Source of the DNA: Octopus vulgaris
Taxonomy: Eukaryota
Assembly: GCA_951406725.2 (NCBI GenBank)
Contig: OX597819.1
Coordinates: 28,644,001 to 28,708,000, forward strand
DNA length: 64,000 bases
Direction: 5' to 3'
Part shown: piece after piece, positions 13,355-26,314 of the stretch
Layout of the letters: every line of letters starts with the position of its first letter
How positions within the stretch are numbered: the first letter of the stretch is position 1
Notes under the pieces: model-generated
Told to the model about the DNA's origin: nothing
What the model saw: the letters and a program-made list of their open reading frames with translations, nothing else
Database searches by the model: none
Made by a program: the position numbers and the translations under genes

Positions 13355-13740
13355 GTGGAGGCGCAATGGCCCAGTGGTTAGGGCAGCGGACTCGTGTTCA
13401 TAGGATCGCGGTTTCGATTCCCAGATCGAGCGTTGTGAGTGTTTATTGAGCAAAAACACCTAAAGCTCCACGAGGCTCCGGCAGGGGATGGTGGTGATCC
13501 CTGCTGTACTCTTTCACCACAACTTTCTCTCACTCTTTCTTCCTGTTTCTGTTGTACCTGTATTTCAAAGGGCCGGCCTTGTCACTCTCTGTGTCATGCT
13601 GAATATCCCCGAGAACTACGTTAAGGGTACACATGTCTGTGGAGTGCTCAGCCACTTACACGTTAATTTCACGAGCAGGCTGTTCCATTGATCGGATCAA
13701 CTGGAACCCTTGTCGTCGTAACCGACGGAGTGCTTCCACC
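13355..13740 (+). mobile_element. tRNA-derived SINE (OR-like), full length
   Basis: A box tggcccagtgg, B box ggtttcgattccc; 11-bp TSD actgttaggga; near-identical copies at 44996, 47154 and 35335(-). Confidence 0.9.
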
Positions 13741-14130
13741 ACTGTTAGGGAAAAAAGACTATTTTGGAGAAAACAAAAGTATGGAAATAAGAAGTTGGGA
13801 ATGTTTGCTACTATAGTGAATGTAAAGATTGGGAAGGAAGGCTGTTATAGAGAGAAAAAAACAGAGGTAGAAAAGAAAGACTGTTGTAGAGAGAGAAGAA
13901 AGAGATAGATCAGGACAACCGGCTAAACAACAATAGATTTTCACCACACGCTACATACTCCATACTTACCCCTATTAGTTCTCACTGGAGCAACTATAGA
14001 GTTTATTCTGCATACCACATACTCTATACTCCCTCCGCTAATCCTCACTAGGACAACAACCTTTTAGAAATAATCCTTCATTTACATCTTCTCATCAAAT
14101 TCTAATTTACATTTAATTATAACTAACTCA

Positions 14131-14497
14131 GGAGGCGCAGGAGTGGCTGTGTGGTAAGTAGCTTGCTTACCAACCACATGATTCTGGGTTCAGTCCCACT
14201 GTGTGGCACCTTGGGCAAGTGTCGGGCTGACCAAAACCTTGTGAGTGTATTTGGTAGACGGAAACTGAAAGAAGCCCATTGTATATATGTATATGTGTTT
14301 GTGAGTCTGTGTTTGTCCCCACCAACATCGCTTGACAACCGATGCCGGTGTGTTTATGTCCCCATCACTTAGCAGTTCGGCAAAAGACGTACTAGGCTTA
14401 CAAAAGAATAAGTCCTGGGGTCGATTTGCTTGGCTAAAGGCGGTGCTCCAGCATGGCTGCAGTCAAATGACTGAAACAAATAAAAGAGTAAAAGAGT
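14131..14497 (+). mobile_element. tRNA-derived SINE (internal TA/TG microsatellite, (aaagagt)n tail)
   Basis: A box tggctgtgtgg, B box ggttcagtccc; TSD taactca. Confidence 0.88.
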
Positions 14498-14748
14498 AAC
14501 TCAATTAACTTCTACTTTCAGAAAGATTTAATGGAACCATGCGGCTAAGAATAGCAGAAAATGTTTGGATGTTTTTGTTTTTGCAGGAAATAGACAATAA
14601 GTGTGGTTGTTGTAGTTGCTGTTGTTGTTATTGTTTAGCTCCCATGTCTGTCTTAATCCAGCACATCAACGATCAAGGTATCCCATTCATGACCATCTTT
14701 CCTTTTTCCTGCTAGAATATATCTAAGATACATCATTTAACGTGTTCT

Positions 14749-15061
14749 GTGGAGGCACATGGCCTAGTGGTTAGAGCAGTGGACTCGCGGTCGAGGGATC
14801 GCGGGTTTGAATCTCAGACCGGGTGATGTGTGTTTTTATGAGCGAAAACACCTAAGCTCCATGCAGCTCCGGCAGAAGGTAATGGCAAACTTCTGCTGAC
14901 TCTTTCGCCACAACTTTCTCTCACTCTTTCCTCCTGCATCTTGCAGCTCACATGCGATGGACTGGCAGCTCATCCAGGTGGGGAACCTATGCAACAATGA
15001 AATCGGGAAACCGGCCCTTATGAGCCAGACATGGCTCGAGAAGGAACAAACATATATATAA
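14749..15061 (+). mobile_element. tRNA-derived SINE (OR-like head, alternative 3' half)
   Basis: tggcctagtgg / ggtttgaatctc boxes; 15-bp TSD catttaacgtgttct; copies at 45519-45827(-), 21608-21850 and 59316-59560. Confidence 0.88.
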
Positions 15062-15527
15062 CATTTAACGTGTTCTCCCTATTTTCACTTGGTAGAGTGT
15101 AATTGGAGAGAGATGTAGCTGTTATCTGTAGCAAATCAAATGATCACAGAGTAGCTTCCTCAATGATTCATGGGGAACATAAGTGGATCCGTCAGGAAAA
15201 CTTTGAAATTATGGTGCACAGCTAGCTAGGTCTAGGAGCAGAAACCATCAGAGTTAGAATAAGTGAACTGAGAAAGGAAATAGTGCATCTATGCTCAAGT
15301 GGTTGAAAATATTGGTGAGTAATCTTTGCCAAGTTGGTTATAAAAGGGTTAAGGATACATGTGTCTGTGGAGTGTTCAGCTACTTGCACGGTAATTCCAT
15401 GAGCAGGTTGTTCCAAAAATCAGATCAACTGGAACCCTTGTCGTAGTATCTGATGGAGTGCCTGATATATCTGTCTATCAATCTATCTATCTATCTGTCT
15501 GTCTGTCTGTCTGTATATATATACATG

Positions 15528-15575
<48 letters not shown>

Positions 15576-15578
<3 letters not shown>

Positions 15579-16168
15579 AATGTGAGGATAAAATTCTTTT
15601 CGAAAAAAAAAATATATATATTTTCTCGAAAAAACTTTATCAATGGCCAGCATATTAAAAAATACCTTTAACGGTTAAATTTATAAACAATTCATAAATG
15701 AGGGCAAAGGAAAAAATTTCTAATGCCAAATATGCCGAAAAATTGGACATATTGTCCATTAACCATATAATTTTTTCACAATACGCACGCTACTCAAAAA
15801 AAGGTCAACAGAAATTTCTAAAAAATTCCATTATTACCATATCGGACCGATTTCAGAGTTAGTTACTAAGTCCCGTAAAGGGAATTATACCACTGCTATT
15901 TAGCCCTAGGAAGCATCGATGTATTCAGAAACATGCATGTCTCTAGGTGCTAGCCCTAGCTGGTGGGGTGCTTGCTTCCCCTTCGCAAATATAAGGACAC
16001 AGGAAATGTGTCAAAGCCGACAGGAAGTGTTGATGCTTCCCAGGGCTAAATAGCGGTGGTGTAATTCTCTTTATGGGACTGTCACATTATGTTGACAGTA
16101 TACAATCACTCTATCACTCCACCACCGCTCATGTCTCGCTGAGACATTTAGAAATTCGACATTTCTAA
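15576..16168 (-). mobile_element. (TA)n-inserted element with terminal hairpin and the 3' half of an HHR motif
   Basis: (TA)n on both sides; hairpin gataaaattcttttcga...tcgaaaaaactttatc; minus strand GAAAT-CG-GTC at 15845-15854, no matching CTGANGA found. Confidence 0.45.
15869..16080. mobile_element. 212-bp segment with ~52-bp inverted repeats (candidate MITE)
   Basis: agtcccgtaaagggaattataccactgctatttagccctaggaagcatcgat (15869-15920) vs imperfect reverse complement at 16029-16080. Confidence 0.65.
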
Positions 16169-16419
16169 TATATATATATATACACACATACATACATATG
16201 TATATATCTATATATCTACATGTGTATCTTTGTGTCTGTTTGTTCCCATCCCACCATTGCTTGACAATCGATGTCGATATTTTTATGTCCCTGTAACGAA
16301 CAGTTTAGCAAATGAAACCAATAAAATAAGTACCAGGCTTACAAAGAATAAGTCTTAGACTAAAAGGCAGTGCTCCAGCATGCCCACAGTCAAACGGCTG
16401 AAGCAAATAAAAGAATACG

Positions 16420-16509
<90 letters not shown>

Positions 16510-17131
16510 ACAGGCTTCTTTCAGTTTCCTCCTACCAAATCCACTCACAAGGCTTTGGTTGGTCAGAGGCTATAGTAGAACACATTTGCCCAAAATGCCA
16601 CTCATTGGGACTGAACCTGGAACAATATGGTTTGAAAACAAACTTCTTACCACACAGCTGCACCTTATTATTTTTTATTTTGTATCCAGTGAAAGATGAC
16701 ATGAATGCAGCAGCAGCAGCAGTAGCTATAACATTAGTTGCAACATTCCAAATATATAGATCAAAGGTTTGAAGTGTTCCTCTGATCTCATCACTATATT
16801 TCCCTGTGTTTAAGATACACAACTCCATATTGCACAAAAACTGAATAGTTAAAACTGAATTGTTGTATTATTCAGATAAAAGAGAAAAAAAAAAAAAGCC
16901 ATGATACTTTTGTCTATGACCCTATGGTGTTGCAGCACCTCAGTTAGAAACTAATGATAATTGTACTAGATTTTTGTGGAGGGTCAGAAATGGAACGGTT
17001 AAGAGCTGAAATATCTTCTGACTACTGAGTAAGCAGTCTAGTGTTTAAACAAATTGTAGCATGGAAGACACATGCACAAAGACTGTTAGCTTCACTAAAA
17101 CATTTATTGTTTATAATATGGTGTCAAAATG

Positions 17132-17145
17132 GTTGTCATGGAAAC
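17132..17145. promoter_or_regulatory. Candidate RFX X-box
   Basis: GTTGTCATGGAAAC matches the near-palindromic X-box consensus GTTNCC-AT-GGNAAC with one mismatch; lies in non-repetitive sequence. Confidence 0.45.
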
Positions 17146-17387
17146 TGTGACCTACTCACTGACGATGTAATACTGCATCTAATCTGTAGGGTTGCTAGTT
17201 CTGGGGGTTTGGTTTTTAACTGTTTTTCTTCTTTTTTTTTTTTCTGCATTGGTCAGTCATTCTGGTTGGGTGTTTATAGCTGGTCACTTGACATTGATTT
17301 TTGGTATTTTAATACTTAACAGCAGTCTTTTACTTATTTTTTTATTATTTTCTTATTCTTTCTCTATTCCATTGGCACTCTATTCAG

Positions 17388-17399
17388 AATGAATACGTT
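17388..17399 (+). other. Candidate 12-nt micro-exon or ATG-containing first coding exon
   Basis: Long pyrimidine-rich tract, then tattCAG | AATGAATACGTT | GTAAGT (consensus donor). Confidence 0.35.
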
Positions 17400-17459
17400 G
17401 TAAGTCAGAAGATTGAAGATTTTCGAAGAATGATTCCTCTAAACAGGACAAGATTGAGT

Positions 17460-17462
17460 AAT

Positions 17463-17494
<32 letters not shown>

Positions 17495-17496
17495 AA

Positions 17497-17531
<35 letters not shown>

Positions 17532-17578
17532 TGTAGTGGTTCTCCTAAACAAGGCAAGTTTGAGTAGTGGTATTATTA

Positions 17579-17651
<73 letters not shown>

Positions 17652-17672
17652 CATTATTATTATTATTATTAT
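17460..17672. repeat. (CAG)n/(TAG)n and (ATT)n microsatellites
   Basis: Direct inspection. Confidence 0.95.
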
Positions 17673-18190
17673 TAAGTGAGAGAGCAGTGCATGCCATCAA
17701 AGTGACAGTGGGTTAAAAATATACGAAGCTCAGTATACCCATCATGACTACCTGTCTGATGTCACAACCATATGTGCGTGACATGATGATCTCATATCAA
17801 AATAAACCGCACATGACCTTGCAGGTGGGGCCCAGAATTTTCATCAGGTGGTGTAGCCCATCCCACTCAAAAGGTTCCTGAATAAGGGTTGTTTAAGGAT
17901 GTTGAACGAAACACCTATGTTTCCAGAGGTGAATTATTCAAACCCCAAAGAATTCTTTTCAACACATGGCTATGATGCTCCTCCACTACTTCTGCTCGTG
18001 ATCAGAGATGCACATATCATCAACCACTAAGGGACATGCTCAACTGGTCAAGGTCAAGTAGCTGACAAGCAAATCTGTAGTATTGAGCAGAATATTTGCT
18101 GTAGCCCATCTTTTATACCAAGACAAAACAATGTACATGATATCACTTCCAATCAGTTAAGATCAGAAGCCATGAGAGCCACTTCCTGGT
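17673..18190 (-). mobile_element. Probable non-LTR retroelement 3' end abutting a (TAA)n tract
   Basis: Compositionally distinct ~520-bp block directly adjoining (ATT)n; no clear protein motif seen. Confidence 0.4.
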
Positions 18191-18196
18191 AAAATT

Positions 18197-18463
18197 TGGT
18201 GGTCCAAAGTCTGCCTTTGAGTTCCCTTCATTCTTCCACCTTCCCTTTCTTGGTTTGTAATTTTCTTGCCAGACAATACTTTTGTATCATACGTTTAATG
18301 GGATTCATTTTGATCCATATTCCAGTAACACATTTGCACCACAAGGCTTGGTTATATCTTTCACTCTCTTCTTCCTGTGCATTAGGGATATACACGTTCT
18401 CGTTTCTAGCTGCACTCATTTCTATGCAGATGATACTTCTGTTGTGTAATGAAAGATAACACA
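18197..18463 (+). pseudogene. LINE reverse transcriptase fragment (CR1/L2/Jockey group), RT motifs 4-5
   Basis: Frame not in the ORF track reads FNGIHFDPYSSNTFAPQGLVISFTLFFLCIRDIHVLVSSCTHFYADDTSVV (PQG and YADD motifs). Confidence 0.85.
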
Positions 18464-18654
18464 TTCATTACACAAGTGTTAAACATCTCCTACCACACGT
18501 GCAATCCTTCCATGAACAGAGACTTTAAATATGGTAAACATTCTTTAACAGCAGCATGACAGCTTGGTCTTCTTCAACAGCATCAAGGCAACACCACTGC
18601 ATATAATAAAGAAACAGACTTAACTTACACTCACTCTGTAAATGTTTGTCTTTT

Positions 18655-18925
18655 TAGCAGTGGTTAAAGAAAGCATCAGGCTCACAGTCATGGGGTTGTG
18701 AGTTCAATTCCAGGATGGAGCAGTGAGTTGTGTTCTTGAGCAAGACACTTTATTTCACGTTGCTCCAGTTCACTCAGCTGTAGAAATGAGTTGAGAACAT
18801 TACTGGTGCCAAGCTGTATCAGCTTTTGCATAAGTGACCTTGCCTGGATTTGTATCTCAGAGAGGAACTCTGTAGGTGCAATCCAATGGTTATTCATGAC
18901 CAAAGGAGGTTTTTACCTTTTACTC
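18655..18925 (+). mobile_element. tRNA-derived SINE (family of 50643-50980)
   Basis: gagttcaattcc B box; ttcttgagcaagacactttatttcacgttgctccagttcactcagctgtagaaatgag shared with 50730-50790. Confidence 0.75.
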
Positions 18926-19166
18926 TTTCATTCTATCAAATGTAATGCTTATTTATTCACATTGTTTTAAATTAATCATGCTTTGAGATTTCAATGATGT
19001 GATTGGTTAATTTTACAATGACATTGTAGGATAGGTATGAGAGGCCAGACTTGGCCGGTTTGAACATAAAGCAGGGAGAATATTTGGGTCAAATATGGCT
19101 GGTATGAATGCTAAAGGGCAATACCATTGCATATAATAAAGAAACTGGCTTAACTTACACTTACTC

Positions 19167-19424
19167 TGTGTTATCTTTCATTACACAACAGAAGTATCAT
19201 CTGCATAGAAACGAGTGCAGCTAGAAATGAGAACGTGTATATCCCTAATGCACAGGAAGAAGAGAGTGAAAGATATAACCAAGCCTTGTGGTGCAAATGT
19301 GTTACTGGAATATGGATCAAAATGAATCCCATTAAACGAAAGTATTGTCTGGCAAGAAAATTACAAACCAGGAAAGGGAAGGTGGAAGAATGAAGGGAAC
19401 TCAAAGGCAGACTTTGAACCACTA
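19167..19424 (-). pseudogene. Inverted duplicate of the RT fragment at 18197-18463
   Basis: Near-identical reverse complement with a small deletion. Confidence 0.9.
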
Positions 19425-20008
19425 CTCCTACCACACTTTCACTAAACCACCCACTTTTGTATTCTAAACCAGTCTACTATTTACACTAAGCAACCCATCT
19501 ACCATTGTATACTAAATAACTACCCAATATTATATTTATTCAATATCAACATTGATAAAGAATTGCCATAGAATCTCTCTTCTCTAAAGTCATGTTCTAT
19601 GATTAAATGAACAGGTTATTGCTCACTGCTATGTAGAAGTGCTAGACTTATATCCTATCCCATTCACAAAATATTGGTCATTTTGAGGCTAGGGTAGAAG
19701 ACTAAATTTTCCATGGTTTCTAAATCTTTTCAAAGTTATCTGAAGTTCTTTAGGTTGATCCTGCAATGAAGTCCAGGTGATCATCATGAGTTTCCTATCA
19801 CAAGCAATTTTGAAATTCTGAATGTTTTCTTCAAGAATATGTTAAAAACATTCTGCTGACTCAATAGTCACTCATCTCAAAGCAAATTTCTTTACCCAGT
19901 CTTACTTTTAACACAACCTGAATGCTACCAAAAGCCATTCATTTGGGCTCTGTTCATTTTTTAATTTTTTATTAAATGTGCATTAGCTTCACATTTTTTC
20001 TATTTGTA

Positions 20009-20173
20009 GGCGCAAGAGTAGCTGTGTAGTAAGTAACTTGCTTACCAACCACATGGTTCTGGGTTCATTCCCACTGTGTGGCACCTTGGGCAAGTGTCTT
20101 CTACTATAGCCTCGGGCTGACCAAAGCCTTGTGAGTGGATTTGGTAGACAGAAACTGAAAGAAGCCTGTCGTA

Positions 20174-20218
<45 letters not shown>

Positions 20219-20440
20219 GTGCATATATGTTTGTGTGTCTGTGTTTGTCCCCCCAACATCGCTTGACAACCGATGCTGGTGTATTTACGTCCCCGTAACT
20301 TAGCAGTTCAGCAAAAGAGACCGATAGAATAAGTACTAGGCTTCCAAAGAATAAGTCCTGGGGTCGATTTGCTCGATTAAAATGCGGTGCTCCAGCATGG
20401 CCACAGTCAAATCACTGAAACAGTTAAAAGAGTAAAAGAG
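20009..20440 (+). mobile_element. tRNA-derived SINE (microsatellite-containing family), full length
   Basis: TSD tatttgta; tail gtgctccagcatggccacagtcaaatcactgaaac(aaagagt)n. Confidence 0.9.
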
Positions 20441-22074
20441 TATTTGTATTAGAAATTTTTGTGCTCTGGTGCCAAATCACACCTAGGACATCTTTGCCTT
20501 TCTTACTTTTGGATTTGATAAATAAAATATTAGTCCAGAACAGTGTATTGGTAGAACTGATAGAGTATCACACAGAAAGCTCTGTGAAGCTCCATGAAGC
20601 TCCGTGCTTTCTGTGTTCAAATCCTGTTTTTTTTGGGGTTTTTTTTTTGTGTCACCAGAAAACATGATGAAACTTCTAACAGAAGTTGTGATCAACAGAT
20701 AGTATCAGCAATTGAAAGACTAATGGAAACATAGTTTTCTTGGTTCAGTTGAAAGATTGGCTGTGATGCACTGCAATATGATTAAAACAGCCATTTGTAG
20801 GAACTATTATTAAATTATCCGGTATTGTGAAAGATTAGAGATTGCTCTATTCTTTAATGTCCATTCATTTAAAGTAAAAGATTTGCAGAATCTATTATTT
20901 AGACTTGCTTCTATTCTTTAAAACTCATTCACTTAGCTCACTTCTCAAATCTATCTTTGTTTCTTCACTTATTTCCCTGACATTGTTTACTTCTTAAAAT
21001 CTGCCTCAAACATTAATTGTAATTTTCCTTCTAAAACTGGTTCTTCACAGAACTCCCTACCATTCTTTGTATTCTTGGAACATCTTTATTTTTTCTAGAA
21101 CCATATTAACCATAACAATCTACATGATCTTTCTGTTCTGTCCTTCTGCACTGTGAGAACTGTAGGTGTGTAATTGGACAGAAGCTTGGTATGTAAGATT
21201 TTATCTAAGAATATTCTACAAAATTAACTTTAAGTAATTTAATCCATTTTAAAAAGATTGAGTTTTGTACCATTTAAATGAACTTTTAAGCAAACCTAAA
21301 GAGTCTCTTTGAAATGTCTCTGTAATTCTAATTTAGTGCCATTCCAACACTTCTTAGCCATCTATTAGATGGAGTTGTATTAGTGGAAGATCAAATACAT
21401 TTTCAGATAAAATTTCTAATTTAAGGAATAATCCATTTAATTTTATATTTTATCCTGTCTCTACTTATTTTGACATTGAAATGGTATTTTGGAGATGTCA
21501 GTTAAACTATTTGGACACATATATGTATAAAGTCTGACTGTGTGGTTTAGAAGTTAGTTTCACAGTTATGTGGTTTTCGGTTTGCTCCCATTGCACACCA
21601 ACCTAGGTAGAGGCACATGGCTTAGTGGTTAGGGTGTTGGACTCATGATTGTAAGATTGTAGTTTCAGTTCCTGGACTGGGTGATGCATTATGTCCTTGA
21701 GCAAAACACTTCATTTCACATTACTCCAGTCTACTCATCTAGCAAAAATGAGTAATCCTGGTGTCTCATCCAGGTGGGGACTATATATGCCGTGGAAACT
21801 GGGAAACTGGCCCTTATGAGTCAGTATGGTTCGAGAAGAAAACTTTACTTTGCTTTTTTTTATAGCACCTTGGGCAAGTATCTTCTAACATAGCTTCAGA
21901 TTGACTAAATATTGTAGATAGAAACTGAATAGGAGCCTGTCTAAGGAACATTCTTGTTCGTGGTGAAGAGATAGATTTAATCTATTAACTTGTTTAGCAT
22001 CACCATAAGTCTTGCCCAATCAAATATATGATATGAGGTGATTGATGAAATATTTGAGAGAAAATGGAACGCGT

Positions 22075-22486
22075 AGGCATAGGAGTGGTTGTGTGGTGAG
22101 TAGCTTGCTTACGAACCACATGATTCCAGGTTCAGTCCCACTGTGTGGCACATTGAGCAAGTGTCTTCTACTATAACCTTGGGCTGACCAAAGCCTTGTG
22201 AGTGGATTTGGTAGACAGAAACTGAAAGAAGCCCGTTGTATATATATGTGTGTGTGTATATATATGTATATATATATATATATTTAAGTAATGAGGGAGA
22301 TAAATTGAATATTAATTTAATTAATATCAATTTAAAATCAGTAGCCTAGCATACAAAAATCTGAAAAATCAGAGGAAATTCTAATACATGTGTATAATTA
22401 AAGGGCTAAAAAACCACTATGTGGACAGCCATATGCTAGAGGTAGATCACCTACGATCAAACCACAAAGAAAGAATGTTCTCTAGA

Positions 22487-22552
<66 letters not shown>

Positions 22553-22768
22553 ATATATGTTTGTGCGTCTGTGTTTGTCCCCCCCAACATCGCTTGACAA
22601 CCGATGGTGGTGTGTTTACGTCCCCGTGACTTGGCGGTTCGGCAGGAGAGACCGATAGAATAATAGGCATCCAAAGAATAAGCCCTGGGGTCGATTTGCT
22701 CAATTAAAAGGCAGTGCTCCAGCATGGCCACAGTCAAGTGACTGAAACAAGTAAAATAGTAAAGAGTA
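22075..22768 (+). mobile_element. tRNA-derived SINE interrupted in its (TA)n tract by a ~200-bp insert (22286-22488)
   Basis: Both SINE halves match 20009-20440; the insert has hairpin aaattgaatattaatttaattaatatcaattt and resembles the 33566 element end. Confidence 0.8.
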
Positions 22769-23669
22769 TTCATGGATATGTTACACAAAAATCTTGATGA
22801 GGCATAATGCCCACAACACAAAACAATAGCTGAGGAATCATCACTTATCATCATCAGTGTTTTAATGTTCACTTTGGCCAGATGCTCTTCCTACCACCAA
22901 CTCACATCTGTTTCCAAGCAAAGTAATATTTCCTGTGGCCAGGTTGGTTTTCACAGAATATGAGGAATCAACAACACTGCTTATATGACTGTGGAAATCA
23001 CAACTATTAGTTATGGCAAGACAAGGAGACACAAGCATACTACAAACACACACACACACACACATTCCATCTTTAGTCTCCTTTCTGTCAACTCCTTAAA
23101 CCCTCAAACATAAAATTCTTCCCTGAAGATGGAGGCTGGTATTATCTGATGATAGGATTTGTAAAACTCTTATTCAACTCCTTGAATTTCTATTCTGTGT
23201 ATGTTAGTATTAAATGTATTCAATATTTTTTGCATATCGACTTGCCTAATTTGCTTATCCTTACATTTACTCCTTTACCTGCTCAAGTTTAAATCTCTTG
23301 AGCATAGATATAAATATACACTTATGCGTGTATATGTATATAAGTATACATAAATTTTGTGTCAGGTCAATTGTGAGACATCTCATGAATACTAGTAACA
23401 TGGAATCCTATTGCATGGTTGGGTTATTGGTGATTAAACTAGAACGTCCACTTGGCTTATCTGGTGAAGAGGGTTAATAAAAATTCTGTTGGAAAAAAAA
23501 CAAGACCTCATAAAAGGAAGATGATCTTAGTGTAGCTTCAACAATTATCTAGCAATAGAACTTGTCCTCAGAAATTCTAGGTTGGTGTCTGATGCACTGG
23601 AAGACCACTGGGAGTGAGCACTCCTTGGCTTTTGTTAAAGCATGTCTCTTAACAGAAGGTCATTCTGAT

Positions 23670-24320
23670 ATAGTTAAGTTAAGTTAATTTTTTGGCTCAA
23701 AAAGCAAAAGCAAGGCCATGTAGGGGGACATGGAGTTATGTACAGGGAGGATGTTCATGCAAAGAGAGTCTTTGAACTGAGTGGTCGTCGGCATCTTCAC
23801 TACCTTGTCTGGCATCTTATTCCACGGATCTGCAACCCAGACAGAGAAAGCCCCTCTCCTTCGATTGAGATGAAATCGTCGCAGATAGAGCTTTTCGGAG
23901 AGAAGCTTTTCTGGAGCAAGAGTGAAGAACAACTCTTTCGAGAGGTTACACTTTCCACTTATGATGTTGTGAGCGAGAATGAGATCAGCACGGCGGCGTC
24001 GTTTTTCTAGAGAATAAAGGTCGAGCATCTTCAGCCTTTCTTCATAAGACAAATGCTTGAGACCAAGAACCATGCGGGTAGCCAGCTTCTGGACTCTTTC
24101 GAGATGATGTATGTCTTTGAGGAGATAAGGAGAAGAGGCTTGAATCCCATACTCCAATATGGGTCTCACCAGTGTGACATAGAGCATAAGGAATATGGCT
24201 GCTGTGAGCATTCTGAATGACCGTCGAATCAATAACAGAACTCCACGTGCTTTGTTGGCAGCATGGACGCATTGGGCCGAAGGCGAAAAGGAAGAATCCA
24301 CCAAGATACCCAGATCCTAG
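23670..24320 (-). pseudogene. CR1/L2-group LINE ORF2 C-terminal fragment with (TTAAC)n tail
   Basis: ORF 23684-24304: LYVTLVRPILEYG...LERVQKLATRMVLGLKHLSYEERLKMLDLYSLEKRRRRADLI; short tandem tail; 5' truncated. Confidence 0.92.
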
Positions 24321-24728
24321 ATGGTCAGGGAATGACATTGAACATTTTGGGGATCTTTTGCGTGCACTTGAAATCATGGTGCTCCCACATTTCTGACTCT
24401 GTGAGCCATATTCACAGTGGGTATCTTGCTCTGGCATGTCTTTGGATCATGTCAGTAGGGTGGAGAGGGTGTGTGAAGTGTTGTGCAAACCTTATTGGAC
24501 TCAAAATTTTAGGCTGTGGAATCACTGATGAGGCAACTATCAGATACCCGGTTGAGTAAAAGGGAGGTGTGGCTGTGAACCCAGGTGAAGCTGACTACTG
24601 ATGCAATAACCTCATGCATTGGCATTGCTGGCATTTTGTATGGACAATGGTCCATAATGGTCTTCCTAAGTCATGTGTGGGCAGCCATCATCATCGTACA
24701 TACACATATACACATACATATATATGTA

Positions 24729-24775
<47 letters not shown>

Positions 24776-24957
24776 ACACACACACACACATACATGTGTG
24801 AAATTTGACTGGTGAACTGCTGTTGTTACTGCTGTTGCCATCTGTGTTTGTTTTCAGCTTTTGAGGCAGAGAGAAATAGGATTTGGTAAGAAATTGAAGA
24901 GGGGAATAAAATTATGTATATACATACATATGTGTGTTATGTGTGTATGTGTGTGTA

Positions 24958-24989
<32 letters not shown>

Positions 24990-25773
24990 CACACACACAT
25001 GTGGTTAATGGTTAAGGTGTTGATTCAAGATTGCAAGTTCATGGTTTCAGTTCCCAGACTGGCTTTTTGTTCAAAGGGAATGCTGACCTACCCACCTAGC
25101 TGGTGGGAGTACTATCATTCAAAAGCTACAACAATGTGAGAAAGTGCACTGTGACCAGTGGTGTAAAACAACATCTAATAGTCTGGTCAATTCAGTAATA
25201 CAGTGAGGGGAATGGTGTTATTGTGGGTGCAGATGTAACTGTGTTGGAAGAAGTTTGCTTCCCAACCACATGGTTCAAGGTTCAATCCCACTGTGTGACA
25301 CCTTTGGCAAGTGACTCCTACTATAAACTTGGGTTGAACAAAGCCTTGTGAGTGGATTTGGTAGGTGGAAACTGCAAAAAGCATGTCCTGTACATGTGTA
25401 CAAATGTGCATCTTTGTGTCTGTTTTTGTCTCCCACCACCTTGTGACAACCAGTATTGATGTGTTTACATCCCCCTTAACTTAGTGGTTCAGCAAAAGAG
25501 ACTGACAGTTAATTTCAGGCTTAAAAAAGTACTGGGGTCTATTCATACCCTTGTCTAAGGTGTCATGTTTGCACTTATATGAGTGTGTGTGTTTGTGTAT
25601 ACATGTGTATTATATATATATATGTATATTTTATGTCTATATATATATAATATATTGTTGTATTTCGGAATGGTCATTTTGCCAGTTTAGACAATAAAAA
25701 CACACACACTATATATTTGGCGTTACTTTGCTTCAGTGTTATTTATTTTTTACTTTAAACTTAATCTTATTTC

Positions 25774-25818
25774 GGCCAGAGTTCTTTCGTCACACTCCTG
25801 TGACCTCATCAGTGGTCC
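25774..25818 (-). ncRNA. Type I hammerhead ribozyme motif (copy 1)
   Basis: Minus strand: GGACCA-CUGAUGA-G-GUCACA(GGAG)UGUGAC-GAAA-G(AA)C-UC^UGGCC. Confidence 0.8.
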
Positions 25819-26021
25819 TTTGCTTTCTTCTTTTTTATTTGTGTGTCTCTCCTTACTAACCGTCAGTCATTTTGTATTTCTATTCTATTTTGTATTTCTA
25901 TATTGTTGTATTTCAGAATGGTCATTTTGCCAGTTTAGACAATAAAAACACACACACTATATATTTGGCGTTACTTTGCTTCAGTGTTATTTATTTTTTA
26001 CTTTAAACTTAATCTTATTTT

Positions 26022-26066
26022 GGCCAGAGTTCTTTCGTCACACTCTTGTGACCTCATCAGTGGTCC
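26022..26066 (-). ncRNA. Type I hammerhead ribozyme motif (copy 2)
   Basis: As copy 1, with one change in the stem II loop. Confidence 0.8.
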
Positions 26067-26269
26067 TTTGCTTTCTTCTTTTTTATTTGTGTGTCTCTCC
26101 TTACTAACCGTCAGTCATTTTGTATTTCTATTCTATTTTGTATTTCTATATTGTTGTATTTCGGAATGGTCATTTTGCCAGTTTAGACAATAAAAACACA
26201 CACACTATATATTTGGCGTTACTTTGCTTCAGTGTTATTTATTTTTTACTTTAAACTTAATCTTATTTC

Positions 26270-26314
26270 GGCCAGAGTTCTTTCGTCACACTCCTGTGAC
26301 CTCATCAGTGGTCC
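26270..26314 (-). ncRNA. Type I hammerhead ribozyme motif (copy 3)
   Basis: Same as copy 1. Confidence 0.8.

Noticed and set aside
13355-13430. tRNA gene calls at SINE heads
   Set aside because: A/B boxes are present but continue into SINE bodies with TSDs; no proper cloverleaf
23118-23190. CTGAAGA-TGGAG...CTCC-TTGAA HHR-like string
   Set aside because: Second core box and stem III absent
24518-24570. CTGATGAG motif
   Set aside because: No properly placed GAAA or stem I complement
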